NCBI GenBank assembly: GCA_977017575.1
Contig: CDRNVI010000014.1
Location: 372,001-436,000 of the forward strand
Source of the DNA: Paramoeba atlantica
Lineage: Eukaryota > Protista > Discosea
Length of the DNA stretch: 64,000 nt
Direction of reading: 5' to 3'
The notes beneath the pieces were generated by a model. That model searched no databases. It saw only the letters and a list, made by a program, of their open reading frames with translations, and was not told where the DNA came from. This document shows positions 12,403-23,653 of the stretch, one piece after another. Made by a program: the position numbers and the translations under genes. Position 1 is the stretch's first letter, and the number at the start of each line of letters is the position of its first letter.

Positions 12403-13891
12403 GCAGAATCTCGAAATATTCTGAGGGATATGATAGAAGCGCTATGCGCAGAATCGGAAAAGGATGGTCTGCATATAAACATAGGCGTGACCAAAACTGC
12501 TTGGATGGCAGTGGGCAAAGGACTTAAAGGAGGTTGTCAAGAGAGTGCGCTTGTAACTAAATTTGGAGCAATACCAGAAGTAGTAGAATATCGATATCTT
12601 GGACACAAGAAGAACTCACAGCAAATATCTTTGACACTGCAAGAACGAGTTGCTTTATCTTGGAAAGCGTTTCATCGTCTTAAGCCGCTTTGGAATTCTA
12701 GCTTAAGCATTGCGCTTCGCCTGAGGATTTTCAGCGCGCTGGTAAACAGTGTTTTAATATACGGTTCTGCATCTCTCGTCGCCACGAAGAAGGAATTGAA
12801 GGAGGTGGACATCGAAGTAAACAAGATGCGACGTATGGCGACGGGAATGCCACTCTGGGATGGAAGGAAACGAACGCCTACAGCTGCATTGTATCGCGGA
12901 GAATCACTGTTTTCAACACAACTGCGAGTAAACAGAGCCAAACTTGACGGTCATTTGTTGAGACACGATTCCTCGTTTGCCGACGTCATGCTCTGGAACG
13001 AAAATGACAAAGCGCGCATAAAGTCTCTGTCCGAGGCTACAGCAGAAGATTTGGGGATAGATGTTGCAGAAATGTTTGATTTAGCGAAGAACCGTGAGGA
13101 ATGGAAATTAAAAGTTGAGCGTTTACGGACTCGATTAGAACCTACAGCGACCTACAAGTCACACTCGAGTCAATCATGTCGTTCAGAAGTTGAAGACATT
13201 TTCCGTTCTGAGCGATCAGCTTCAGAAAAATGGTCTGCACTACAATTCTATGAGGAGGGTCCTGTGAGCTGGCCAGAGAAAGATCTGCGTCATTTATACT
13301 GTGACGGTTCTGTTAGGGGAAGTAAAGAAGCGCTTTGTGCAGGAATATCGGTTGTGCTATTTGAGAATGAAAGATGTATTTATAGAGCAACAAGAACTCT
13401 CAAAACAAGATCGAACCCCCATACGAGCAGAACTACGTGCTTTTCTGCAAGCCTTGACAATCGGACATCAACGAGAAGGAGACTTTGTGGTGCATGTAGA
13501 CTCCGAGCACGTATGGCAGTTTTGGCATCGACATCGCATCAGTTTTCAACTAGATGGTTATACAACACTCGAGAATGCGGATCTATTAAAGAAAATTGGT
13601 GATAAGGCGAAATGTATACTTGAGACGGCAAATGTACATGTCGTCAAGGTATGGGCGCACTGCGAAAATGCACGAAACGATTTGGCGGACAGAGTAGCCT
13701 ACAAAGCAGCAGAGGGTATCGTATCCTTTCTATTAATACAAGAGATTGCCACTCCACCTGCCTGTGAAAATGCACAGAACAGTAACGAGGCAGTTAGGCA
13801 TGAATCGAAGGAGTGTGCTCATCGGTGTAAAGACAAGGAAGCATGCGGACATAAATGCTGCAAAAGGCATTTGCGTCAGACCAAAGAATAA
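12403..13891 (+). mobile_element. Continuation of the RTE/Ingi-like LINE: RT thumb, RNase H (frameshift near 13385) and a C-terminal Cys/His finger
   Basis: Joining to the 6953 fragment gives YADDIAEL-AESRNILRDMIEAL..GLHIN..KT..YRYLG. RNase H motifs LYCDGS, RAELRAF, HVDSEHV, KVWAH..NDLAD. C-terminal CAHRCKDKEACGHKCCK. Confidence 0.8.
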
Positions 13892-13957
13892 GAGAAAGAA
13901 AGTAGCATTCAAAGTCATGGCAGAAAGATTCCTAACCACTTTTAAGAACTAAGTGGT

Positions 13958-14012
13958 ATATTATTATTATTATTATTATTATTATGTTATGTTATGTTAT
14001 GTTATGTTATGT
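13958..14012 (+). repeat. (TTA)n(TGTTA)n microsatellite, probably the 3' tail of the RTE-like LINE
   Basis: Starts about 65 nt after the stop codon. RTE-clade elements typically end in short tandem repeats. A (TGTTA)2 remnant also lies just before the 6953 fragment. Confidence 0.6.
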
Positions 14013-14085
14013 GTTCAGGTTAATACAAAAAAAAACGTTTATAATAATACCAAAGATTTCTAATAGACCGAAACTAAAAACCTGT

Positions 14086-17000
14086 TCAGAGGCCCAGTTC
14101 CTGAGATGTCTCCTGCGTTAGATAATTTTTCAGCTGGGAAAATACCACTGATCCGTTCAACTCTTGAAGGTGCAACGAAAATTCGTTCAAAGTTTTCCCT
14201 CTTTCAAGCCCACAGCAGTCCGCTAGCGTATGCAGAAGGGTCTTGAGCCCTTGATGCATGGCGCCGCCGGAGAGGACTGGGATGCATTTAAAACGTTCCT
14301 GCGGAATCATCCCCGATGCGACGTACGTATTATGTTTCCGTGCGATCGCATCCCTCATTAGGGCCCCACTCCCTCGCCGCAAGTTCGACGGCGCCAATTC
14401 ATGGATTACAGTGAGGTCGTAGAAGACTTCACCGGACGCCCAATATATGACTATATCAGGTCCGGACCGGTGAAGACTAGCATTTCGGCAGATCTGTTGG
14501 TGCTCACGTTTGCGCCAATGCGGGAACGACTCCCCGCAAGTGGAGCATTTGTAGGTCGTAAATTGTCGTGGCTCCCGCTCGCATGGTACCCCAGCCTTCA
14601 TGCACAGATCGTAAATTCTACGCACCAGCGCATCATGTTTCGTCGTGGCATTGTTTCCAGAGCACTGAACACATCCCGCTATGTGCGAGAGGGCTGACGA
14701 AGACTCAAGAATGACTCGACACCCCGGGCATTGTAAGTTTCCTGGAAGCCGCGGGTGACTGAGACCAAGACGAGATATAAGTGCCAAGGTGTAAAATTTG
14801 GAAGATACTAGTTTTGCGTTCGACTGTATCCACGATGAATTCCCTTTCTCGCTTGCGGCGCGCAGTAACGACGCGACATTCGGGTCTTTCGACAGCGATT
14901 CCTTAATTCATTTGTTAAGCTGTGCTTCGGTGACGAATTGGTCGTTAGGGGGGCGGATTGAATCTTCATTTCCTACCGGCGATAGGGATGTAAGGCCTGT
15001 CGCTCGAACTGAAAGTGAATTTAGTCGTTCAAAAGCGTTGTGCCTCGACGCCTCATACGCCGATTTTCGTAGAAGATCCGTGGGCGTCAGCCCTAAACCT
15101 CCACTCTTTACCGGAAGTCGTGCCCACGCGATCTGTTTCGGATTCATTTCTCCGAACCAGGTGGTCAGAACTTCTTGCACCTCTTTGTCGAAGGATTTCG
15201 CCATCTCAAAGGTTTCCTCTGGCCGATGGACTCGTATGTGGTACCTGTGTCTCACATTAACGCATCGCGACAAGAGGAGCATCGAAATGTTATTCGCACC
15301 CATGGTTTTCAGCCGCCGGAAAATTGCCCGGTGTTTTTCAAGCTTGTTGAGAAGTAATTCGCTGACTCTGGTTGATCCCCCTACATAGGCTCCTAGAACT
15401 TTGACGGCTTTTTCGGCTATCTGAACACCTTCGTTGACTAGTTTCTCGGATAGTTTGACGTTGTTTAATCCATCAAACCAAACACATTTTTGCGGCGCAA
15501 GTCGGATCGATTTACTTTCCAGGAGCTCCTTGAGACGGACGTATGCAGAGGCGATGAGATCCACATCGTGTGAGGAGATGTTGATGTCATCGACATAAGC
15601 GTATATGTTAAGCGATGGGAATTCCTGCGCGATCGTCTCAAGAATAGGTTGAAGAAATGTACAGAAATACAACGTTGATAACGGCGACCCCTGACGCACT
15701 CCAGCCGAACTCTCGACTTTGGAGAATAATTCCCCGTTTTTGCCATAGAAGAGGAGCTCTGATGGTTCCCCATATTCAGCAACAAAAAGTCGCTGAAAGG
15801 GTCGAAGTGCGCTAAACGCGAAAATCGCTTTCGCAATGTCATCGCGTGAAGGGCTGTTAAAGGCGTTTTTCATGTCCAGAGAGAGAATGGCGTGTCCTTC
15901 CATGTACCGACGATTGAGCTCGTGCACGATAGTTTCACAGCCCGCTTGGCTCATAACCCCGTGTTGCATCGGAAGAAACAGCTTCGCGAATTTGTGTTCA
16001 TGTCGAAGTATTAGGACCAGCCCCGCCAACTTCAACAGAACCTCCCCCATCGCCACAGGCCTAACGGATTTTGATGTCTTGGGAAGTGCTACGAGACGCG
16101 CTCTCCCCAATCTACGCATGACTTCTTTGGACAGCATCCCGTTGACAAGATCACAGATCATATGACACAGACTGGAACAACAGATCTCATCATCCAATAA
16201 CAACCGAACAATGGCTTCCGTTGTACCCGAAGGTCCGGGAGCCGATCCCATTGCTAGTCTTTTCCCTGCATTACGTAGCTCTTGCGGTGGGAGGCATGCA
16301 ATCTTCGGGGCGTCTGTCGGAAGCGCGAATGAAATAGGCAACGAGGGATGCAATTTTCGCAATTGGTCCAATTTTCCTTCATCCGTCATCGTTGTAGTTG
16401 CAGTTTCCTGATCTAATACTCGCGTTCCCTTCTTCGTTGCTCCTTCCAAGAGCAGTCTCGTTGCTTTCTTTATAGCCCGCAAATCACTCGCCTTTTGCTC
16501 CGCTTCACTGTTCAGAGTTGTCGTCTCCTGAATTTCAACTGGACGGCGACGACGCTTCTTTCCAATGATGTGGCGCACTGTGGCTAAAGAGTGTTCCATT
16601 GCCGACAGAGTTCTGTTCCAAATTTGATTCCGTTGCTCGTACGAGGAACTCGCGTAGTCCCTCATGATATCCCGATAGATCGCGACAACACAAGGTACAA
16701 ACTCGGAACTAACGGACCGTAAGGTGGGCATTGGGTCGAGGTCCAAATCAGCTTCGGTGTGATCAAGATCATGTCTGTCTTTGTCTTCTGTGGAATTCGT
16801 TTCCCCCGCGTTTCTCCTTGGCTCATCAAGCCAGCGTATCGAATGAATTCGCACGTTGGGATTCGGCGGAATAAACCCCTCAAATTTGGTTCCAGATTTG
16901 TGCCCTTCCACGCCTTCATATGATATGGCTATTCTACCGGCTCCCGCCCGTTTCTTGACTGATTTCACCACACCCCTCGATATATTTAATTGTGTGGAAT

Positions 17001-17610
17001 CGCTAAAACACCACGCCACCAGGCAACCATCACCGCGCTTCGACATTTTTGATTGATCCCAAACGAGGTCTGGTGCCATAGGGAAATGTCGAGCCGAATC
17101 TATCGTTCCTTTCCACGTCTCTATTATTCTCGCTTCTTCAGCCAATCCGGCCGGGGGTGCTTCAACTGCGGTTTCAATGGTCGTGTTTGTTTGTTCACTA
17201 TCTTCGACCTCCGATTCCCCAGCAGCATTGAAAACCGGAATCACATTATGGCTGATGCTCCCTCCAGCGCGTGTCGGGATTTCGTCGGGCGTAATACAGT
17301 CGGCAAAGGTCTGATCGTGCGTATCTGACTCCTTCGTCTCCCCTCTCATGCTCGGCGCTGGAGTCTCAATGCTTTTGACAACGGAGGATGTAGCCAAGTC
17401 CGACGAAGTGGGCGATGGGGCGCTGAATCGTTTTTCTTGAGCTTCGATCTCCGAGAGCCTTCGTTCGCGCTCCAATCTTTCTTCCGCAGTTGGGAAACCG
17501 TGCAGTGTCAGAAGACCTTTCCACACGGTTTTTCCGACGACGCCAGCAACTTTCCCGAGTGTTTCCAGACGAGAGGGTTCCAGAGTTGTTTGTTCTTTAT
17601 CTCGGTGCAA
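14086..17610 (-). pseudogene. Near full-length CRE-clade group-1 element ORF with a single in-frame TGA at 14908-14910
   Basis: VRPVAMGE, LDMKNAFN, GVRQGSPLS, YVDDI. The frame continues through the TGA (LNK*IKESL) into CPGC..HIAGC..C and RSGPDIVIYW..FYDLTV. Confidence 0.88.
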
Positions 17611-17849
17611 CCTGTGATCCTCAGGTCTTACAAAAAACGAGGGTCATTTTTTTTTTTACAATAAGGAAAGGTCTTACAATATTTTTTTTTTATTTCAACG
17701 GGCGAAATCGGATATTGATGCTGCGGGGAACCACAGACGAAGAAACTGACAGATGTTTTCAGATAATGAATAATATGATTTTCTCTCATGTGTTGAGCCG
17801 GAACCAAAATTACTTTCTCAAGTTTTCATAATTAATAAAGAATGGTTGA

Positions 17850-18755
17850 TTAAATCGCCGTATCTTCTCGGCTCTGCGGCACTAGAAATTTGCCAAGTTG
17901 CGAGAGAACAACCGATCCGTTGAATTCTTGTAATCGAAGTGTAAAATCTTGGATCACGTAATCCCGCGCTAATCCACACGCGTCGGCTAAAGCGAGAAGT
18001 AGGTTCTTTGTGTTAGCGTGCATAGCTCCTCCTGCAAGCATCGGTATGCACTGAAATTGGATTTGGGGGAGCAGTTTTGAGGCTACGTACGTCTTGTTCT
18101 TCCGTTTAATGGCGTCCCTCATAAGGATTGTGCCGCCTCGCGTTAAATTCGAAGGACATAGTTCATGCACAATGGTGAAGTCGTAGAATACGTCTCCGTC
18201 GGCCCAGTGAATAACTAGATCCGGCCCTGAGTGGTGAAAAGATCCTGATCCGCAGATCCTTTGGTGTGATGGTTTAGAATCCCCATCCAGATGAGCTCCA
18301 CATTTGCCACACGTGTACGTAGAGAACTGCCGGGGTTCTCGTTCACAAGGAATGCCTGCTTTGATGCATAATTCATACAGTCTGTGGACCATTTTGTTGT
18401 GCTTCGTTGTCGCGTTGTTACCAGTGCAAGTCGAGCATCCAGCCACGCGGGAAATAGCGTTCTCGGAAGTCAGCAAGGTGTGACACCCGGGGCACTGTAG
18501 GTGTGCAGGGAGTCTGGGATGTGCCAGTCCAAAACGGGGCATTACCGCAAGGGTGAATAGTCTGCTGGGCACTAATCTGGTGGAGGAGGCCAGCCACGTG
18601 TAACTTCCTTTAGCACTTGTAGCTCGTAATATGTCGGCTTGGCGTGGTTCTTCCATCAATTTGTCGCGTATGTGTTTGTGGTGCAGGTCTTCTGTTGTTG
18701 GCTCATCGGCGGAAGGGTTATTATGATTTGGCTGAGTAGTTAGCTGTGTGGCCAA
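17850..18755 (-). mobile_element. 5'-truncated group-1 element (CCHC plus RLE only)
   Basis: CPGC..VAGCSTC..KH, HSGPDLVIHW..FYDFTIVH. Confidence 0.85.
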
Positions 18756-18774
18756 ACCCGGTATAAAACCCTGT

Positions 18775-18802
18775 ATAAAGATACAGTTTCTGTACCTTGT
18801 TG
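18775..18802 (+). other. Partial spliced-leader-like motif upstream of the HERO/NeSL-like element
   Basis: ATAAAGATACAGTTTCTGTACCTTGTTG is identical to the 3' 28 nt of the 36-mer at 39106, 48764, 55358 and 59979. Confidence 0.8.
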
Positions 18803-18848
18803 AATTATTTTCAATTTCGTACTAACTGTTACTTTCCCCCATTGGGGC

Positions 18849-21800
18849 ATGACACTTCACCCTCCTACCCCGCCCCCCCTAGCGCCAGGCGACCTCCCTC
18901 GAGGATCTGCCAGCGCGCCCCCACCTCGAGAGAAAAGCTTCCGCCTCACCCAGAATCGGGCAGTATCCCTACGTCTCAGAAACTCGGAGTCTCCACACTG
19001 GCTTTACTTCCCCGACACGCACGCGGCAGCCTTATTCCTAACTGAGAAGGACCATTTCCAAGCGGAAATCACAGCGGAGCTTTCCCTCGCACGAACTCTC
19101 TCATCAGGAGCGAAGCGCTCCGACGGAATCGTGGTCCAAAGATGCACTTTGAACGACGTTATGGACCACAAAGCATGCGATTTCTTCCTCTTCCGCGAAA
19201 CTTCGGCGCCATATTCGATCTACCGGCACACAAGCTGGGCCTCAGCGTATAATGACAAAGACATGAAGCTCGACCAGGATTATTCCTCAGCGGGATCCCT
19301 AGGACGGGCCATACAAAAACGACTCAACGGACGTGTAATACCCTCACTGGCCCGCTTCGCAATATCACATGTCTCCCCTGAGCCGCAACAAGACGCAGAT
19401 ATCGGGTGGACCAAGCCGAAAATCCAATTTGACGAACCCTACCGAATCCTCCCCACACGGAACACCCCCGCAGAACCGGCCCCTACATCAGCACGCACCG
19501 AACCTTGCGCACACCGTTGCTTCAATAAAAGGAGATGCAAACATCCCTGCTGCAAAATCACCGACCCGGAAAGCGGAAATCCTCATTTACCTGAACCCGT
19601 AAGCGCAGCTATGCAGGTACCAACCACAACTGACTCCCCTAGCGAGCTGCATGCAGAAAATCTCACTCCAGCACCACTTCCCTCCACGCCAAGCAGCCCT
19701 CCCACCTCGGTGACGCATCGGCCCTGCAAGCACATATGCCGAGATAAAGCGAATTGCAAACATCGATGCTGCAAGGTGGGAGTCCCCATCTCCCCTCGTC
19801 CTCACCCAGAACGGGCAACGGCAACGCCTCTCACACCCTCCCTTGACGAGCGGAGCACCCGGACCGTCCAATCAGCACTACATGAACCCCGTGCGTACCA
19901 GAGCCGTGAAACCAGGCGTGCGCACGACTACGACAGCGATAGAGCCTCGGAAACGCGCCCCTCTGCAGCCCGTTGGTCCCTGAGGAGTCTCATACCGTGG
20001 ACCTCACAAAATGAGCGAGCGCAGCTCTCTGACAACGTGACAACCGAGGCCCATGCAGCAAATGCCCCACTAGAAGACACTAACCCTCATGTCACAGCAC
20101 TTCCCGATCCACTGCCGATTCCCAACAACTCCACACCTGCCCTTAGCAATGAGGTACAAGTCAATAGACGACCGTGCCTGCATAAATGCCAGGACAAAGC
20201 CCGATGCCTACACAAGTGCTGCAAAGAAGGAGTACTAGTTTCCGCGCGGCCCTCATCCGCTGAATCGTCATGCTGGAGTCTTCGAAGTCTATTCCTAGGG
20301 TCACGACCCCCAGCAGAGAGACAGATCAACCCCGACGGACCCATGCAAAACATCAGTATTTCCAGAAGTCAAAACTCTCGCCTCAACCAATCCACGGAAG
20401 AGACACCAACCACCACGCCGACAACCACATCGACGACCTCAAGCAGCCAGACGCGATCCACCGGTCAGAGAAACTCGATCTCGTCGGGGGATGAGAACGA
20501 TCAACCAACTCCCAACTCACCCCAATTGATAAGGAACCCTGAGAACCAGCCTGAACCGCCACTGCTTCGATCTTCCCGCTCTCTGATGGCTAATGCGAAC
20601 CGATCGAGGGCCGCAACGTCCCGATTGGAGAACGTGCAGGATACACCCGGAACTCTTCTATCGACACTACGCACCATAGAAGGAGGCCGCATCATGATAC
20701 ATCTTTCCTCTGCACAGTGGCAGCGCACGGAGGAAAAGGCACTGGAAAGATGTACCAAATTTCTGAGTCCCGCAGAGAGTGCCGACGAGGCTACCGCACA
20801 AGCAGAACTACTCACGGCATGTCTCGCGGTGTCGGCATACGAGGTGGCCAGCGAGGCAGACCCAACCGGGGGATTCCGTATTAGAACAAACGCGCGTCAC
20901 AACCGTCGCAGAACACGCCCCCTGGCAGCGGAGCGCTCGGCCAAGCAGCTTGAAACTCACGTTCGACAACTGAAAGCAACACTGCGATATACCCACGGAC
21001 GGGCCGAGCGGAACCACGTCAAGGGTCAACTGAAAGAGGCTGTAAAACTTCAGAAGGTCTACATGGCAGAAGGAGAAGCGCAGCGACTGGAGATGGCTCA
21101 GCGCTGGGCCCACACAAGATTTCAAAGGAATCCCTGGACGGCAGGTAGTGAATGTATTGATAACCACGAAAAAGAAGCACAGCAACGTAATGGGAAGCAT
21201 CCAGACATCGCCCCCGCCGAAGTAGAGTCCTATTTCAGGGGCTCTATGGAAACAACTCAAGAATGTGGACTTCCTCCAATAGAGCTTCTGGGCCCCCAGG
21301 CGGATAGAGACATGACATGGGAAGCAATAGATAGCGCCACGATCGCAGCCGCTGTATCATCGAAGCGCCATACAGCGGCACCAGGCTCTGACACCGTTAG
21401 CAATGCGCTGCTAAAGCGCTGCCCCGCGCTACACCCTTTCTTAGCCCAATCGTTTAACGACCTCTTCAAATTTGGGGTCTGTCCCGACAACTGGAAGAAA
21501 GCGGTTACCCTTCTTGTGCATAAAAGTGGCCCTACGCAGAACCTTTCCAACTGGCGGCCCATAAGCCTTACGAGCTGTCTCGGGAAACTCTTCCACAGCA
21601 TTGTCAGCCACCGGATTCAGGAACATGTCACAGGATCGGGAGTAATAGATACTACAATCCAGAAGGGATTCCTGCCTGGTGTGAATGGCTGTATCGAACA
21701 TACCCAAGCGCTTTGTGAACTTCTTGACCACCAACGGCAACACAAACGCCAATACTGCCTTGGACAGTACGACCTCAAAAATGCCTTTGGTTCACTCCCA

Positions 21801-23585
21801 CACTATGTGCTCTTCTCTGCCCTGGAATGGGCTCGCCTTCCCACCAACGTTATCACGTACATTCGAGCCCTGTACACGGGAGCTTCCATGCAAGTGAAGT
21901 GTGCAGAGGGATTGACCGGAGATATCCCTATAACACGTGGCGTTCTCCAAGGCGATACCTTATCGCCTGTTCTCTTTCTCATCGCAATGGAAGTGGTCCT
22001 TCGGTACCTCCGATCTAGCCTGCCAAAATATGGTATTGTATGGGACACGCGAGAAACCTTCATAAAAGCGTTTGCTGATGACCTAACCCTTGTCACGAGC
22101 ACCCCTGACGAATTACAGCGGGCGACCAACGTCCTGCACCGGGTTCTCACCACTATGGGGCTCCGGCTGAACGTCGGGAAGTGCCGGGTGCAACACATGG
22201 CAGTCCTCAACGGAGGTTACAAGACACATCGCCCTCGCATAGTCGCGGATGGGCAGGTAATTCCACATATCTGTGACAAGGGAAGTCTCTTTCTCGGAAT
22301 GACGCTAGCTCCTGGGGCACAACAAGGAAAAGTTCTATTCAAAACCCTGCAATGTAAGTTGCGGAAGTGGCTCGGAAACATTACGGAAAGCGCATTTGAT
22401 CAAGCAGCGAAAATGTGGATCTACAATAACGCAATAATTTCCCGTCTCCGGTACGTCCTGACTGTGAACACAGGGATCACTTTCAACTATATCCTCCGTC
22501 TCCAAAAGTTGGCCACAAACCAAATCAGGAAATGGCTTAACGTTGCGAAAACGGCCACAAGTGAACTCTTCTACTCTGAGCGCGGCTGGCGGATGATGAG
22601 CATCTCTAAGCTTTGGCTGCAGTGTACGGCCACAGCCATCTCGCAAATGTCCAAATCTCGTGACCCAGCGGTACAGTACGCATTACGACACAGGATAGCC
22701 AACGAGCAACGTAGACGCTCATCAGGACATGTGAGGCCCGCAGCGAGGTTCTATGATATGCGGGATGACCCCGATAACCTCCGAAGAACAATTAACGACG
22801 AGTATGAAAGGCACTTGATCGAGTCAGTACAACGCCGCACCACCATAGCCTGCGAATGGTTTCAAATGGCTTCAGAAAGCGACCTAGCGAAAGACTTCGC
22901 TTCTGCCCTATGTAACATCAAAAGCTCCTCCCTCTCTCGCTTCGCGGCATCCGTGCTCACTCAAACTCCACTTCCTACGCGTTCCTCTCTCCGCCGGTGG
23001 GGCATATCGTCACACACGAACGTCACATGTCCAATTTGTGGCGAAGCGACCCAGACTCCGCGCCACATCTTAACAGGCTGCAAAGTGTCCCTTGAGCAAG
23101 GACGGTATACATACCGCCATGATCTTATACTACTCGCCCTTGCAGACGCTGTTGCCAACTCTCCCACCACATCCTCGTACCACTTTGACTTGGACCTGTA
23201 CCGCAACTCTCCTCCCTGGCTCTCGCACGGAACTGAACTGAGACCAGATGGATGGGTGCGGCTGCACAACGGGTCCGAGTACATAATTGAACTTACATCC
23301 CCATGGGAAGAGAACTTGGAATACGCCCACGAACGGAAGGTTCGTAAGTACACACATCTTTACACGCAGCGCAAGCTAGCGAATCCGTCGACCTTTCTCC
23401 TGGTTTTTGAAGTTGGTGCGAGAGGAAAGCTGAACTCCTCCGCACGTGCGATAAACTCCCTCTTTGGAACTAAGGCTGAAGCCTCCAAGTGTAGGGAAAA
23501 ACTAGTGCAGCGAGCACTACTAGGAAGTTTCCACATATACCAACAACGAGAGAACCCCAACTGGTATATGCCAAGCTTCCAATGA
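18849..23585 (+). CDS. Intact HERO/NeSL/R2-like RLE retrotransposon polyprotein (3 Cys/His repeats, RT, CCHC, PD-(D/E)xK endonuclease), 1578 aa
   Basis: APGSD, NWRPISLTSCLGKLF, QKGFLPGVNGCIEH, YDLKNAFGSLPH, GVLQGDTLSP, AFADDL, CPICG..TPRHILTGC, GRYTYRHD, RPDGW..IIELTSPWE..KY. Confidence 0.9.
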   Translation: MTLHPPTPPPLAPGDLPRGSASAPPPREKSFRLTQNRAVSLRLRNSESPHWLYFPDTHAAALFLTEKDHFQAEITAELSLARTLSSGAKRSDGIVVQRCTLNDVMDHKACDFFLFRETSAPYSIYRHTSWASAYNDKDMKLDQDYSSAGSLGRAIQKRLNGRVIPSLARFAISHVSPEPQQDADIGWTKPKIQFDEPYRILPTRNTPAEPAPTSARTEPCAHRCFNKRRCKHPCCKITDPESGNPHLPEPVSAAMQVPTTTDSPSELHAENLTPAPLPSTPSSPPTSVTHRPCKHICRDKANCKHRCCKVGVPISPRPHPERATATPLTPSLDERSTRTVQSALHEPRAYQSRETRRAHDYDSDRASETRPSAARWSLRSLIPWTSQNERAQLSDNVTTEAHAANAPLEDTNPHVTALPDPLPIPNNSTPALSNEVQVNRRPCLHKCQDKARCLHKCCKEGVLVSARPSSAESSCWSLRSLFLGSRPPAERQINPDGPMQNISISRSQNSRLNQSTEETPTTTPTTTSTTSSSQTRSTGQRNSISSGDENDQPTPNSPQLIRNPENQPEPPLLRSSRSLMANANRSRAATSRLENVQDTPGTLLSTLRTIEGGRIMIHLSSAQWQRTEEKALERCTKFLSPAESADEATAQAELLTACLAVSAYEVASEADPTGGFRIRTNARHNRRRTRPLAAERSAKQLETHVRQLKATLRYTHGRAERNHVKGQLKEAVKLQKVYMAEGEAQRLEMAQRWAHTRFQRNPWTAGSECIDNHEKEAQQRNGKHPDIAPAEVESYFRGSMETTQECGLPPIELLGPQADRDMTWEAIDSATIAAAVSSKRHTAAPGSDTVSNALLKRCPALHPFLAQSFNDLFKFGVCPDNWKKAVTLLVHKSGPTQNLSNWRPISLTSCLGKLFHSIVSHRIQEHVTGSGVIDTTIQKGFLPGVNGCIEHTQALCELLDHQRQHKRQYCLGQYDLKNAFGSLPHYVLFSALEWARLPTNVITYIRALYTGASMQVKCAEGLTGDIPITRGVLQGDTLSPVLFLIAMEVVLRYLRSSLPKYGIVWDTRETFIKAFADDLTLVTSTPDELQRATNVLHRVLTTMGLRLNVGKCRVQHMAVLNGGYKTHRPRIVADGQVIPHICDKGSLFLGMTLAPGAQQGKVLFKTLQCKLRKWLGNITESAFDQAAKMWIYNNAIISRLRYVLTVNTGITFNYILRLQKLATNQIRKWLNVAKTATSELFYSERGWRMMSISKLWLQCTATAISQMSKSRDPAVQYALRHRIANEQRRRSSGHVRPAARFYDMRDDPDNLRRTINDEYERHLIESVQRRTTIACEWFQMASESDLAKDFASALCNIKSSSLSRFAASVLTQTPLPTRSSLRRWGISSHTNVTCPICGEATQTPRHILTGCKVSLEQGRYTYRHDLILLALADAVANSPTTSSYHFDLDLYRNSPPWLSHGTELRPDGWVRLHNGSEYIIELTSPWEENLEYAHERKVRKYTHLYTQRKLANPSTFLLVFEVGARGKLNSSARAINSLFGTKAEASKCREKLVQRALLGSFHIYQQRENPNWYMPSFQ

Positions 23586-23653
23586 GGTGGGCATGTCAGA
23601 AGAAGAAGTGCGTTTTGGGCGCACTAAAGGGATACACCCGATCTTCTTCTGTT

